DNA of 64,000 bases from NCBI GenBank assembly GCA_964016885.1, contig OZ024742.1, positions 274,970,001 to 275,034,000 of the forward strand, given 5' to 3'. The position numbers and the translations under genes were made by a program. Under the pieces are notes generated by a model, which was given only the letters and a program-made list of their open reading frames with translations, searched no databases and had not been told where the DNA came from. This document shows, in pieces, positions 41,996-57,154 of the stretch (within the stretch, counting starts at the first letter, position 1; each line of letters starts with the position of its first letter). Origin of the DNA: Eledone cirrhosa. Lineage: Eukaryota.

Positions 41996-42510
41996 TGGGT
42001 ATATATTGATATATTGAAGATAGCTACGGAAAGTAAAAGAGTGTTGTCATACAGAAAGTGAAGAGAGACAGAGAGTAAAGCAGTTGAATTATAGAGAAGG
42101 TGGAAGAGGGAGGAGAGAGAGAGACGACGCTCAGCTTTATAATATTAGAGAGTGGAGAGCGACAGAGAGAGTAAAGCAGTTAAATTATAGAGAGGGGGAA
42201 TGATCTATTATAGAGAGAGGGAAGAGAGACGGGGCGAGTAAAGCTAAGAAACTATAGGGAGGTGTGTAGGATACATACGTGTTGACCGAATTTACATACG
42301 ACGCTCATCTCTACGAAAAGTAAAAGAGTGTTGTCATATAGAGAGTGAAGAGAGACAGAGAGTAAAGCATTTAAATTATAGAGAGGGAGAATGATATATT
42401 ATAGAGAGAGGGAAGAGCGACGGAGAGAGTAAGGCTAACAGACTACAGGGATGTGTGTAGGATGCATACATAATACATACACACGACACTCAGCTTTATA
42501 ATATTATAGA

Positions 42511-42735
42511 CAGTATTACTGTTGAAAATATATAGTATAGTAAAGTATTACTGCTGAAAATATATAGTATAGTACAGTATTACTGTTGAAAATATATAGT
42601 ATATTACAGTATTACTGTTGAAAATATATAGTATAGTATTACTGTTGAACATATATAGTAGAGTATTACTATTAAAAATATATAGTATAGTATTACTGTT
42701 GAAAATATATAGTACAGTATTACTGTTGAAAATAT
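42511..42735. repeat. ~29-bp minisatellite (AGTATTACTGTTGAAAATATATAGTAT); two more units at 40664-40722
   Basis: Direct reading. Confidence 0.9.
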
Positions 42736-42907
42736 GTACACGAATATATAATTATATTTATGTATAATTAATTAAAAGTTTGTTAGAAGCGAATTCAATG
42801 CAGACAAGCAGACATACAGACAGATAACATAAGCGCGCGACGTTATAGCTATGTATCTATCTAAAAGGAGAGAGTAAGAAAGAGAGAGAGCAATGTCGTA
42901 TTATATA

Positions 42908-43050
42908 TCTATATATCTAAAGCAGAGAATGTCTGTCTGTCTGACTCCCTAAAACTCGAGAACAACCCAACCGATTGTTTTCAAACTTTACACGTAATAC
43001 TTATGGTCATGTGAGTGTTTTGAGCAAATAAGATATCAAATTTTCAATGC
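42908..43050 (+). mobile_element. Helitron-like 5' end
   Basis: A|TCTATATATCTAAAG...(TGTC)n...CAACCGATT pattern typical of non-autonomous Helitrons. Confidence 0.5.
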
Positions 43051-43356
43051 CCTAGGGACCACATTGGGGGATTTAGCGATCTCTCTCTATAATTCTTAGT
43101 CTTTCTTTTTAGATAGATACATAGATATAACATTGCGTCCTTATAATAACTATCTGTATGTCTGGCTCTCTGCATTACGATATTATGACCTGATATGTGT
43201 GAGTGTGTATATATGTATATATAATGTGTGTACATACATATAGAGTGTAACATTTTTCGAAATATTTATTTCTGCGTTCACAGACTGATATTTTAGTTTC
43301 AGAAGACCCCATTAAGGGTGAAAGCAGTGATTCTTTGCTTAAACTTTAATCTGTTA

Positions 43357-43438
<82 letters not shown>

Positions 43439-43445
<7 letters not shown>

Positions 43446-44227
43446 ATGAATTAACGGAGGCATAGGTCCTCGCTATTCCCTGTAAATAATGTGCTCAAGG
43501 GAGAAGAGATCCTGAGCTCTTTAAAATACAATATGTTGAGAAGTTAACACACCAGAGAGAGATATATAGTGCGTTATCAATAATAGTCTGCCTTTCATAG
43601 GTTATAGATTCCACACTGGTGGTTTTTTCCCTGTATTATTGATAACGCACTATATATCTCTCTCTGGTGTGTTAACTTCTCAACATATTGTATTTTAAAG
43701 AGCTCAGGATCTCTTCTCCTTTGAGCACATTATTTACAGGGAATAGCGAGGGCCTATGCCTCCGTTAATTTATCGTGATATTTCGCTCCTAATAACAGCC
43801 TTTCCTATCTCTGTTTGGTTGAGCACACTTCTCTGAGTGGCTTTGGGCTGCCCTTTCTAGCAGTTCGCCCCTCAGAGGCCACTGGTTCACTTCCCTTAAA
43901 CACGCTGTGACTTCCCTCTCCCACGTGTAGCTGGACAGTCAATTTTAAAATTCTCTTAGTGTTGTCTGAAATGTATAGCCTTACACACGCTGATGAACCG
44001 AGACTAGACCATTTCTTTCAACAATTTTTTGGTGAAACATATCTTTGGATTTGTACGTGTGTTATATAGTTATAGAGGTATTTATTTACGCTTTAATTTA
44101 TATTTTTTAATTATCGTGTCTATAGTCTGCCTTTCATAGGTTATAGATTCCATACACTGATGGTTTTTTCCCTGTATTATTGATAACGCACTATATATCT
44201 CTCTCTGGTGTGTTAACTTCTCAACAT

Positions 44228-44232
<5 letters not shown>
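43439..44232 (+). mobile_element. Non-coding Penelope-pLTR/retrozyme-like element, ~539-nt unit, partial tandem plus 5' inversion
   Basis: 43584-43693 repeated at 44123-44232; 43439-43584 inverted to 43636-43781; flanked by (TA)n. Confidence 0.7.
43983..44062 (+). ncRNA. Type I hammerhead ribozyme
   Basis: ACACACG-CTGATGA-ACC...GGT-GAAA-CATATC/GATTTG-TA-CGTGTGT. Confidence 0.75.
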
Positions 44233-44284
<52 letters not shown>

Positions 44285-44328
44285 CAGATTAAAGTTTAAG
44301 CAAAGAATCATATATATATATATATATA

Positions 44329-45561
<1,233 letters not shown>

Positions 45562-46009
45562 AATATATATATATACAAATATATATACATATATATATAT
45601 ATATATATGAAAATTAGAGTTAAAACTCAATTGGAACCCTGTAACTATTAAGCTCCAAGTATAAAGTATAAATACTGAGCTGATTAATAATATATAGTAA
45701 GAAACACAGTAAACCGTGTGTCTAAAATTACAAGGGTTGAAAAACCACATTTGTTTGAAATATTTAACCAAGAAGCAGACAGAATGATAAAATAAAAATC
45801 TGTCTCGCCCTGAGTGTGTTTGAGTTTTAACTCTAATTTTCATATATATATTTCTGCTCCCTCACAAGTTGAGCTTATTAAGTTGTGTGTGTTGGACTGT
45901 TATTTCTATTCAATACACGCTTACCACGTTTGACTGGCGGAGCACGAGGTGATAAATTCATCTTTCTGTGTGAACGTTGGCAAATATTGTTTGTGGCATT
46001 TAATCAGAT

Positions 46010-46089
46010 TCTCTCGCTGATGAAGCCCAGGATTATCTGTTACAAACACACTCAGGGCGAAACAGATTAGGGATAATCTGTCCGAGAGA
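46010..46089 (+). ncRNA. Type I hammerhead ribozyme, copy 1
   Basis: TCTCTCG-CTGATGA-A-GCCC...GGGC-GAAA-CAGATTA/TAATCTG-TC-CGAGAGA; GUC cleavage after 46082. Confidence 0.88.
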
Positions 46090-46492
46090 TATAATTGTTA
46101 TTGAGGCGGTTTGTATTATAATAATATATTTTTATTTTTATTTTATCATTCTGTCTGCTTCTTGGTTAAATATTTCAAACAAATGTGGTTTTTAAACCCT
46201 TGTAATTTTAGACACACGGTTTACTGTGTTTCTTACTATATATTATTAATCAGCTCAGTATTTATACTTTATACTTGGAGCTTAATAGTTACAGGGTTCC
46301 AATTGAGTTTTAACTCTAATTTTCATATATATATTTCTGCTCCCTCACAAGTTGAGCTTATTAAGTTGTGTGTGTTGGACTGTTATTTCTATTCAATACA
46401 CGCTTACCACGTTTGACTGGCGGAGCACGAGGTGACAAATTCATCTTTCTGTGTGAACGTTGGCAAATAGTGTTTGTGGCATTTAATCAGAT

Positions 46493-46572
46493 TCTCTCGC
46501 TGATGATGCCCAGGATTATCTGTTACAAACACACTCAGGGCGAAACAGATTAGGGATAATCTGTCCGAAAGA
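46493..46572 (+). ncRNA. Type I hammerhead ribozyme, copy 2
   Basis: Same fold, one mismatch in stem I; GUC cleavage after 46565. Confidence 0.82.
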
Positions 46573-46721
46573 TATAATGGTTATTGAGGCGGTTTGTATT
46601 ATAATAATATATTTTTATTTTTATTTTATCATTCTGTCTGCTTCTTGGTTAAATATTTCAAACAAATGTGGTTTTTCAACCCTTGTAATTTTAGACACAC
46701 GGTTTACTGTGTTTCTTACTA

Positions 46722-46812
<91 letters not shown>

Positions 46813-47242
46813 AAAAGATAGCTGTAAAAGGGAAATAAAATTATGAAGTACTCAGTAGTAAAATATTAATTATAGGTTAACTAAATTTTTAAAAAATAAT
46901 TATAATAATTTGTAAAATATAAGTGTATATTAATTAGGTTTATAATATTTGAAAGTTCTTCTAATTCTATGATTGCACGATATAATTAATTCTTGAATAA
47001 CATCAAATTTTCGTGTACCTTTCACCAGCTTGACCTCTTTTCATCCCCAAAGTAATCTTTTCATTCAAAATATTCTTTCCATTCAAAACTGAAGTCTGCA
47101 TTCCTCTACCCCTAAATTAAATTTCCACTACTACTATTCTATCAACTTGACCACTTACTACTTTTCTATTGGTCAATTCAAAACCTGTTCCCAAACAGAC
47201 CTATTATATTAAATCTTTGTTGCTTTTTTCAATAAACAAATA

Positions 47243-47380
47243 TCATTATTTCTGAAGACACCATATATATGTGTAGGTATGTATATTCCCTCTGATAGTT
47301 TGTAAAATGTTTACATAGATCTATATGATATACATACCAACACACACATATATATCCTAGAAACGATCGTAAAATGATGA
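47243..47380 (+). ncRNA. Minimal type I hammerhead with ~100-nt stem II
   Basis: TCATTATTT-CTGAAGA...GAAAC-GATC-GTA-AAATGATGA; base of stem II mismatched. Confidence 0.6.
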
Positions 47381-47431
47381 ATTTTTTAATATAAGGAACT
47401 GCTTCTTTGTTTTTATTCATTGTTTTTATTA

Positions 47432-47541
<110 letters not shown>

Positions 47542-47639
47542 GTAGAAGGGGGTATTTAATATTTGTTGGAAATCCGGCAAATATAAATATAAATGTTTAT
47601 AACTGATTTAGAGCACCCAACACTGTTCCTGGAGTAAAT

Positions 47640-49451
<1,812 letters not shown>

Positions 49452-49501
49452 GCGTACAGATGTTTTTGCATACACAATAACAAAATATAAAAAAACGTAT
49501 T

Positions 49502-52204
49502 TTTAGCAGGGTAGATGATTGAAGGTCGTTAGTTGCCAGTGTGGTAAGTGATAGTATCCTCGTTGGATTATCTTGTCGACATAGACGTGAGGGAAGGTCC
49601 CTCGATCTATTTACCATCTATTTACAATATTCCTTTCGTCAGGTCGCCAATTCCAGCAGCATGGATTATAGATGTTATTGAGACACGAATAACATAATAA
49701 TGATTTCAACAGCAGTAATTAGAGATGAAATGTATGTTTATTTTTGATGTAACACAAACAATGTTTGTTAACTTATATGGTTGAAGTTACAGATAAAACA
49801 AGGTTACAAAAGGGAATGTGCCATTGCGCCGTTAAGCCGGCGAGGCTAGGGTGCAATATCTCACCGTTACATTATGCGTGTTGCTGGCTCGAAGTTTCCG
49901 GTACAAGAGAGAGATTCTTCAAATCTTCGCGGGGAATTTCTTCCTCAGGGCGCGTAGGGATACATCCTCTTCTGCTGGCGCTGATTGGCTGAACTGAGCC
50001 AAATCACGCATAGAGAATGTATGTGACCCGCGGAATGTAGGTCACTACAATACCCCCTTTCTAGACGGTAGTCGATACAGATTATTAAATCAGCAAGAAC
50101 AAATGCCGAAAGAGCACATCAGTGACAAAATAATTGAGCAGAAGGCTGGATGCAAGAAAAAAAATGAGGCGCTACGGGCCGTGTTGAGCCGCTGTGTCAA
50201 ATGACCAGTTGTTTTGTTGTTTATACGTGACCGCCAAAGGTCTAACAAAAAACGGATAAAGTCTGACATGGGCGAAGTTGCTGTTCTTGCATTAAATGTC
50301 AATGGCAAGTGCTGCACCTGTAGCTGTGGACGAAGCTATTATGGCAGTGCTGGCAAGAAGATGATGGGTAGGCGAGAAAATGTTGGCCTCCCAGATGTAT
50401 TGCCGAATGTGCTAGGGAGCCAGGAAAAAATGGCTGGTTGCTTTGTAATGAAAAAAAAGCAAGTTTAATCTGTAGGTGGGTTGCAGTGTAAATTCCATAA
50501 TTCGTGCGAATCCACAGAAGTGGCCGAAATGCTGACAAGTCCAGTTCAATTTGTTGCTTTCCCAGCGAGTCGGGCAAAAACAACAAGACGGATGGCCGTC
50601 ATGGACGATCAGTGTGCAACGAGATGCGAAGCTGTTTGAGTTCAGCTGCAATTAGTATCCTCGTGTTGCGGTGCCTGTTTGAATCCAGTCGATTAAGCAC
50701 TGTGAGCTGCTAGCATGTGACAGCACCTCGACCAGGTGAAAAGGGACTCGCAGAATATTACGTTTGAAGAACATATACCAAGAACAACATGTTGGTGTGT
50801 GATAAAAAAATGTGTGCATATGCAGGCATGTAAAACAGCAAAGAATGTGAATGAACAAAAACCATGAGCAAGCAAATAGCAAAAGAGCACAAAACAAGTA
50901 AATGCATTCCACAAAGAAATATGTGAATGTAACAAACTGATAATTCAAAGTCAATCTAAGGGAGCAGAGAAATTGCTCAATAAGTTCAAAGTTTTTCAAA
51001 GTCCAATAGTTCACACATCACCAGTATACAGACACTAGTTCTATCTGAAAACTGAAAAAGAAGTCTGTTAATGCCGTTAGGGGTTAGATGTATGGTGTTT
51101 TTGTGAGTTTTCGTGGCCATCTTGTGTGGCATAAGGTTGTGTTGCTTATTGTTAAAGCAAAGTCAAAGAATCTTCTGTAGAGTAGCAGTCACCAAACACG
51201 GCAGTCACGTCTGACGCCATAATGGTGAGAAAACTACTGTCTCAATTTCTCGAGTCCCTGTGGTAACGAGACAGAAGGTATGGTGGTTGCGTCGGTAAAG
51301 CTACAAGCCGTTTTGAAATTTCCGATGTGTGGTGGTTTCCGTCGGTAAGGCTATGAAGCTGCCACTCACTATTCCCTGTTTTGGTCAGTGGCTAAACAAT
51401 GTTGTCGCTGCTGCTGCTGTCGTTGTTGATCGTAGACAGGACTTGTCGGTAGCCATTTTGAAATTTCTTCGTGGCGAAAAGTTTTTGAAATACTGCTAAT
51501 TTTTCAAAAATCTTAAAAGGAATATTTTGTATTTTCGCAAGCTGCGAAAAGGTTGGCAACGTGGCAATAAAAGTTCAACTGTTTAAAAAAGGGCTGCGTT
51601 AAATTCTTACGTCGGTCACCACTTTAGCAGAAATGATTAGTAGAATGGTCGCCACTTTAGCAGGGTAGATGATTGAAGGTCGTTAGTTGCCAGTGTGGTA
51701 AGTGATAGTATCCTCGTTGGATTATCTTGTCGACATAGACGTGAGGGAAGGTCCCTCGATCTATTTACCATCTATTTACAATATTCCTTTCGTCAGGTCG
51801 CCAATTCCAGCAGCATGGATTATAGATGTTATTGAGACACGAGTAACATAATAATGATTTCAACAGCAGTAATTAGAGATGAAATGTATGTTTATTTTTG
51901 ATGTAGCACAAACAATGTTTGTTAACTTATATGGTTGAAGTTACAGATAAAAAGAGGTTACAAAAGGGAATGTGCCATTGCGCCGTTAAGCCGGCGAGGC
52001 TAGGGTGCAAATTCTCACCGTTACATTATGCGTGTTGCTGGCTCGAAGTTTCCGGTACAAGAGAGAGATTCTTCAAATCTTCGCGGGGAATTTCTTCCTC
52101 AGGGCGCGTAGGGATACATCCTCTTCTACTGGCGCTGATTGGCTGAACTGAGCCAAATCACGCATAGAGAATGTATGTGAGCCCGCGGAATGTAGGTCAC
52201 TACA
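49502..52204 (-). mobile_element. Non-autonomous LTR retroelement (Gypsy-like), 548/549-bp LTRs, TATT TSD
   Basis: LTRs 49502-50049 and 51656-52204 begin TG on minus; PPT AAAGGGGGT at ~50052-50060; PBS-like TGGCGACC/TGGTGACCGACG; no long ORF. Confidence 0.85.
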
Positions 52205-52268
52205 TATTCATTTCACGAGGCTCGATAAGGATAAATAAATATCAAATATATATGAACCCTAGAGCAAA

Positions 52269-52297
52269 TCCCGAGCAGCGCCGGGCCATTCTGCTAG
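52269..52297 (+). mobile_element. Helitron-like 3' end
   Basis: CCCGAGCAGCGCCGGG hairpin, then CTAG|T. Confidence 0.6.
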
Positions 52298-52490
52298 TAT
52301 TATATATAATAAAGTACCAGTAATGTAGTGGAATAACTGCTGGCCTTGTGCCAACACGAGAAATTATTATACTTCCTTTTTATACAACTGTTAATAACAT
52401 ATTGATGTATGTATATATACGTATATATAGGTATAAAGGAATGCTGAAATAAAATATACAAATTAAACTGTCTCTTATTTATGATACTAA

Positions 52491-52544
<54 letters not shown>

Positions 52545-52819
52545 CAACAGATTAAAGTTTAAGAAAAGAATCGCTGCTTTCACGCTTTACGGGATCTTTT
52601 GAAAGTAAAAAAATTCAATCTGTGAACGCAGAAGTAAATATTTCGAAAAACGTTGCAACCGAAGGAAAACAGGAAGACGATACTTAGGCTCGTGAAGACT
52701 TCCCTGGCAATGAACGGAAAAAAGCTAAGATTATACGTCATTCTGTGGAGCGGTGAGAACAATTACACGCAAAGACAAAACAATATTTATGTTATAAATG
52801 AGTTAATATCTGCATACAA

Positions 52820-53050
52820 CAACTACATAGGTACGCGATGGGCCCCACATACAGCCCCGGCGGACAGAAAGGAGAAGGCGTTACCCCGGAGGACGGCAAG
52901 GGAGACTCACTGGAAAAGCCACTCCAACTCGCGGGGCTCACACCTGCGGCTGGCCACCTCAGCGTCTATGGTGGTGAGTAAGGAGGTAGCCCTGGGGCCG
53001 AGGACACAAGAAGTCTCTACTGCCAGGGGTTCGACCGCAAACCTGAAGTC
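52820..53050 (-). pseudogene. Second RLE/CRE-like C-terminal fragment
   Basis: PLAVETSCVLGPRA...LEWLFQ; similar to 41714-41940. Confidence 0.6.
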
Positions 53051-53239
53051 GTAGATTAATATTCTATTTAGGTTGTTCGTGGAGACGTTCTCTGGCAAAG
53101 AACGGAAAAAGCGAAGATAATACGTCATTATGTGGAGCGGTGAGAATAATTACACGCAAAGACAAAACCACGTTTATGGTATAAATGAAGTCGTAGACTA
53201 ACATTCTATGTAGGAAACCGAATGATTCTCGGCTTCGAA

Positions 53240-53360
53240 GTTAAGAATAATTGGTTCTACTTTTGGCACAAGGCCAGCAATTACCCAGTACATTATTGGT
53301 ACTTTATTTTATCGACACCGTAAGGATGAAAGGCAAAGTTAACCTCGCCGGGATTTGAAT
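53240..53360 (-). mobile_element. tRNA-derived SINE fragment
   Basis: Reverse complement of 41267-41380. Confidence 0.75.
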
Positions 53361-54039
53361 AACGACGTATAAGTATAATGTAAATAAATTAGTAGAGCGA
53401 AAATTACAGAGGTTATTGAAATCAACAATAATTAAATAAATACATACACGCAGCCATATGCGTACATACACATGCTTACGCGAAAACACCCGCCATGGTA
53501 TGCATAAACAAGCACGTGAACATCAACACGCACACACATACAAAAACCTGCGCTACACCTGTACCCGCACACATACGAACGTATACACCAAATACACATA
53601 AAATATATATATATATATATGTGTATGTGTGTGTGCCTGTATGCATATAATTATATAAACGTATATAAATAAACACACGTAAGTACGTATATAACGCATG
53701 CACACATATACCTACAGGTAGATACACAAATGATCACAAACGTACGTCACCCAAAACACAAAGGACACATATACACACCTTACATACGTGCAAACCCGCA
53801 TACACGCACAAACACAAAATACACATATACACATAACCATATACACATGTACCAGAATATATAATATGATATATACCCCTATAACAAATACAAGCAAATA
53901 TACGTACGAGAAAGTATACGTACCTTCACAAAACATACGGATAATCTATACTTACCTATACAAATAAGTAATAGCATAAACATAAAATATAATTAGCTAC
54001 CAGATCAAGACGTAAATTATCCGCATATTGTTCGTACTA

Positions 54040-54760
54040 TCCGTTAGGGTATAATGTGGGGCTGTAACATAGGAAAGTTTTATGCAATTTATGTTTACAA
54101 GACGAAATTACATCAGATTTTTTGTTTAAGATGTGGTCATTGGCGTAGAGTATTTCCAGGGCTTCAGCGGCGCAAAGATCGCAAGGTCTTTTATTTTCGT
54201 TATACGATCTAGCCTTAGCTAGGATCACCCAGTGTAACCTATATTGGGTGTGGTTGGCTTTTAGACTCCCGATTTAAGCTGAAAGTGACGTCATATTCCT
54301 TCTTAAAGGATTAAGAAAAGTGTGTCTGCATGTAAAGGCGCTGCTTGAATCTATTGGCGGTTCACCCAATGTAGGCCCTACGGGACGTGGGTGTTTCGAC
54401 CTTACATTTGTAGACAATGTCACTGGAGAGGCATTTCCCGGATAGGGGGCAGTCAACCCGATTCCTACAATTACAGTTAGTACTAGCTACAGATTTGCAC
54501 GTGTTCCTACGGCTAGGTAACTTAGCTAAATTTGAAGCAGTGATATTATTTGCAAGGTTAGGAGTCGTAGAGTAAGACATTTTATTGGTATTTCTATTAA
54601 CAATTTTATATTTATGTGCTGAGGGGAAATGCTTCTTAATAAGGGAGAGAAAGATCTTAGCTAATGATGTGGACACCTCCATATTATATGGTGGGTTATA
54701 CCATATAATGCGTCGGAATCTATTTATCCTTGGTCTATGCTCATACTTAGTACATACTAC
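54040..54760 (-). pseudogene. Penelope GIY-YIG endonuclease relic
   Basis: WYNPPY, KMSYS, CNCR...CPLSGKCL..IVYK..YIG, CDLC..E, SSCKH. Confidence 0.8.
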
Positions 54761-54894
54761 CTTATCGACAAATTCTCTCGGAGCAGGAGCTAAAACTGAA
54801 TACTAACTAATACTTATTACTAATTTATACTTATTCCTAATTAAACTATTTTTCACTGGGAAAGATTTGTCAGCATTTTCTTTTCCTTTTTACT

Positions 54895-55003
<109 letters not shown>

Positions 55004-55031
55004 TGTATATATATATATGTGTACATATATA

Positions 55032-56680
55032 TATATACATATATATATATATCCGACTTCCACACCGATCTCAAGCTGTGACACGCCGCCCAGGCCTTGC
55101 TCTTCCTCTCAACCACATCATCTTCCGTATTCCCAATCTTTGCTCCCAAATACAGGAAGTCCTCAACCAATTCCAGCGGCTTCCCACCTACATTAGTGAT
55201 CCCCTCTGGCTTCTCAACATTCTCTACCAGATACTTTGTTTTAGTCTCATTCATTCTCAGCCCCACACTCATCGACACAGTCTCAACCTCCCGCATCAAA
55301 TCCTCTGCCTCCTTCACTGTATTTGTCACCAAAACTATGTCGTCGGCAAATTCAGCATGCGATACCTTTTTCGCCCAACTCTCCTGCTCTGAGCCGGTGC
55401 TACAGTAAAGCCAGAGTCCTGGTGTTTCTCCAGTGCAAGGCGCATACAATAGTCCACTACGATGATAAAAAGGTAGGGAGCCAATGTATCTCCCTGGAGC
55501 ACTCCAGCTAGTATCTCAAAGAACTCTGTCATCCCATCAGGTGTAATGACTTGGGCTTTGGTGTTGGTGTAGAGCAGTGATATCAGGTCCACTATCCTCT
55601 TGGGGATTCCATAAGCCTGTAAGATCTTCATCAGGCAGTAACGGTCCACAGAATCAAAGGCCTTCCTAAAGTCAATGAAAACCATGACCGCAGGAAGGCA
55701 CTTTGCTCTAGCTCCCTCTAATATCCTCCTCAGCATCAGGATGTGACTGGTGATTGATCTACCCTCTCTGAAGCCGTTCTGGTTGTCCCTGAGCTTCTTC
55801 TCCATCTCAGGCTGGATCCTGTTAAGAATCATCCTGTTGAGGGTCTTTGCCACAAGTGACGTCAGTGAGATCCCCCGGTAGTTGTTGGTGTTAGAGAGAT
55901 CTCCCTTCTTTGGCACTGGGACGATGTTACTGATCCTCCACTGATTCGGGGCAACTCCTTTCTCCAGTGCCCCGTTACAGAACCCCAGGATGATATCATC
56001 AAAATCACACCTCTTCATCACCTCTGATGCCACTCCATCTTCTCCATGAGCCTTGCCCTCCTTGATCTTCTTCTTGGCTCTCTGAAGCTCCTCTCTGGTG
56101 AAGGGCTCTGTCTCAACATCCAGTTCCTCAAACAGCCGCCTGATCTCCCCAGTGCTCTGGGCTGTGTAGGGTGGCTCTCCTAGTAGGGTCCTAAAATGGT
56201 CTAGCCATTTCCTCGGGCCCCGTTTCCTGGATCTGACTCGAACACCTTTTCTTCCTCCCTGTGATCTCGTTGATGATCATCCAGTTCTTCTTACATCCAG
56301 ATCTGTCAACCGCTCTCTCCACACTTCTGATCTTCTCTATCAGTGCCTCCTCTCTGACCTCAGTGTAAGCGGTACAGAGCTCTTCCCTCATCACCTCCAC
56401 AGTCTCCATCCTCTCCTCCGTAGGATCAGCATAGAATTGGTCCCTGGCAGCTTTCAGGTGTTCTCTGGCTGCACACACTTTTGGGTTTGCAGAGCTGACG
56501 TGCTTCCCTTTGTTCTTTTTCCTCGGCACCAGGGTTTCACTTGCTTTTGCCACTGCATTGGTGAAGTGCCCGTACCTCCTCGTCACACTCTCCTCAGTCC
56601 ATCCAATCTCTCTCTCCTCTGACTCTCCACACAAAGCACTAAACCTGTTTCTCACTTCCACTGTGAACCTCTCCTTCGTA
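55032..56680 (-). mobile_element. RTE-clade LINE, inverted 5' segment (RT)
   Basis: [41 protein letters not shown]. Confidence 0.9.
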
Positions 56681-57132
56681 GAGACCTGAAAATCCGCCTC
56701 TTCATTGCTGTAGTGGAGCCTGTGCTGCTATATGGGTCTGAGACTTGGACACTGACCAAGAGACTCACTCAGGTGGTGGATGGGTGCTACACGAGAATGC
56801 TGAGGATGGCTCTGAACATTAATCAGTATACACTGAGGATGAAAAACTCGGAGCTGTATGGGAGCATCCCAAAAGTCACCTCAAAAGTGACACAGAGGAG
56901 ACTGAGGTTGGCTGGACATGCTCACCGACATCCAGAGTTGACATTGCACTCAGTGCTCCTTTGGGAGCCCCTACATGGACACACTAGAAGAGGAAGACCA
57001 AGGTTAACATATGTTGATGCCCTAAGGACAGACACTGGTCTGTTGGAGATGCAGGATATGGCAGCGATAATGAGGGACAGAGACCGCTGGAGAAAACTCG
57101 TCCATGGATCTCGGGAATTTTACCCGCCTTAG
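56681..57132 (+). mobile_element. RTE-clade LINE, 3' segment
   Basis: RDLKIRLF...LLYGSETWTLT, RRLRLAGH, RGRP; continues directly from WKSD at 55032. Confidence 0.88.
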
Positions 57133-57154
57133 ATATATATATATGTATATATAC

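Larger units (their letters stand above)
40723..42510 (-). mobile_element. Non-autonomous Helitron-like element with internal cargo
   Basis: 5' TCTATAATATTATAAAGCTGAG; GC-rich hairpin + TTAG end at 40723; additional hairpin-CTAG end at 40545-40575. Confidence 0.55.
45609..46730 (+). mobile_element. Retrozyme-like 483-nt tandem repeat with inverted 5' segment
   Basis: 45820-46302 repeated at +483; 45609-45818 is reverse complement of unit pieces; (TA)n both sides. Confidence 0.8.

Noticed and set aside
42511-42735. CRISPR-like regular 29-bp repeat
   Set aside because: No unique spacers and no cas genes; eukaryotic minisatellite.
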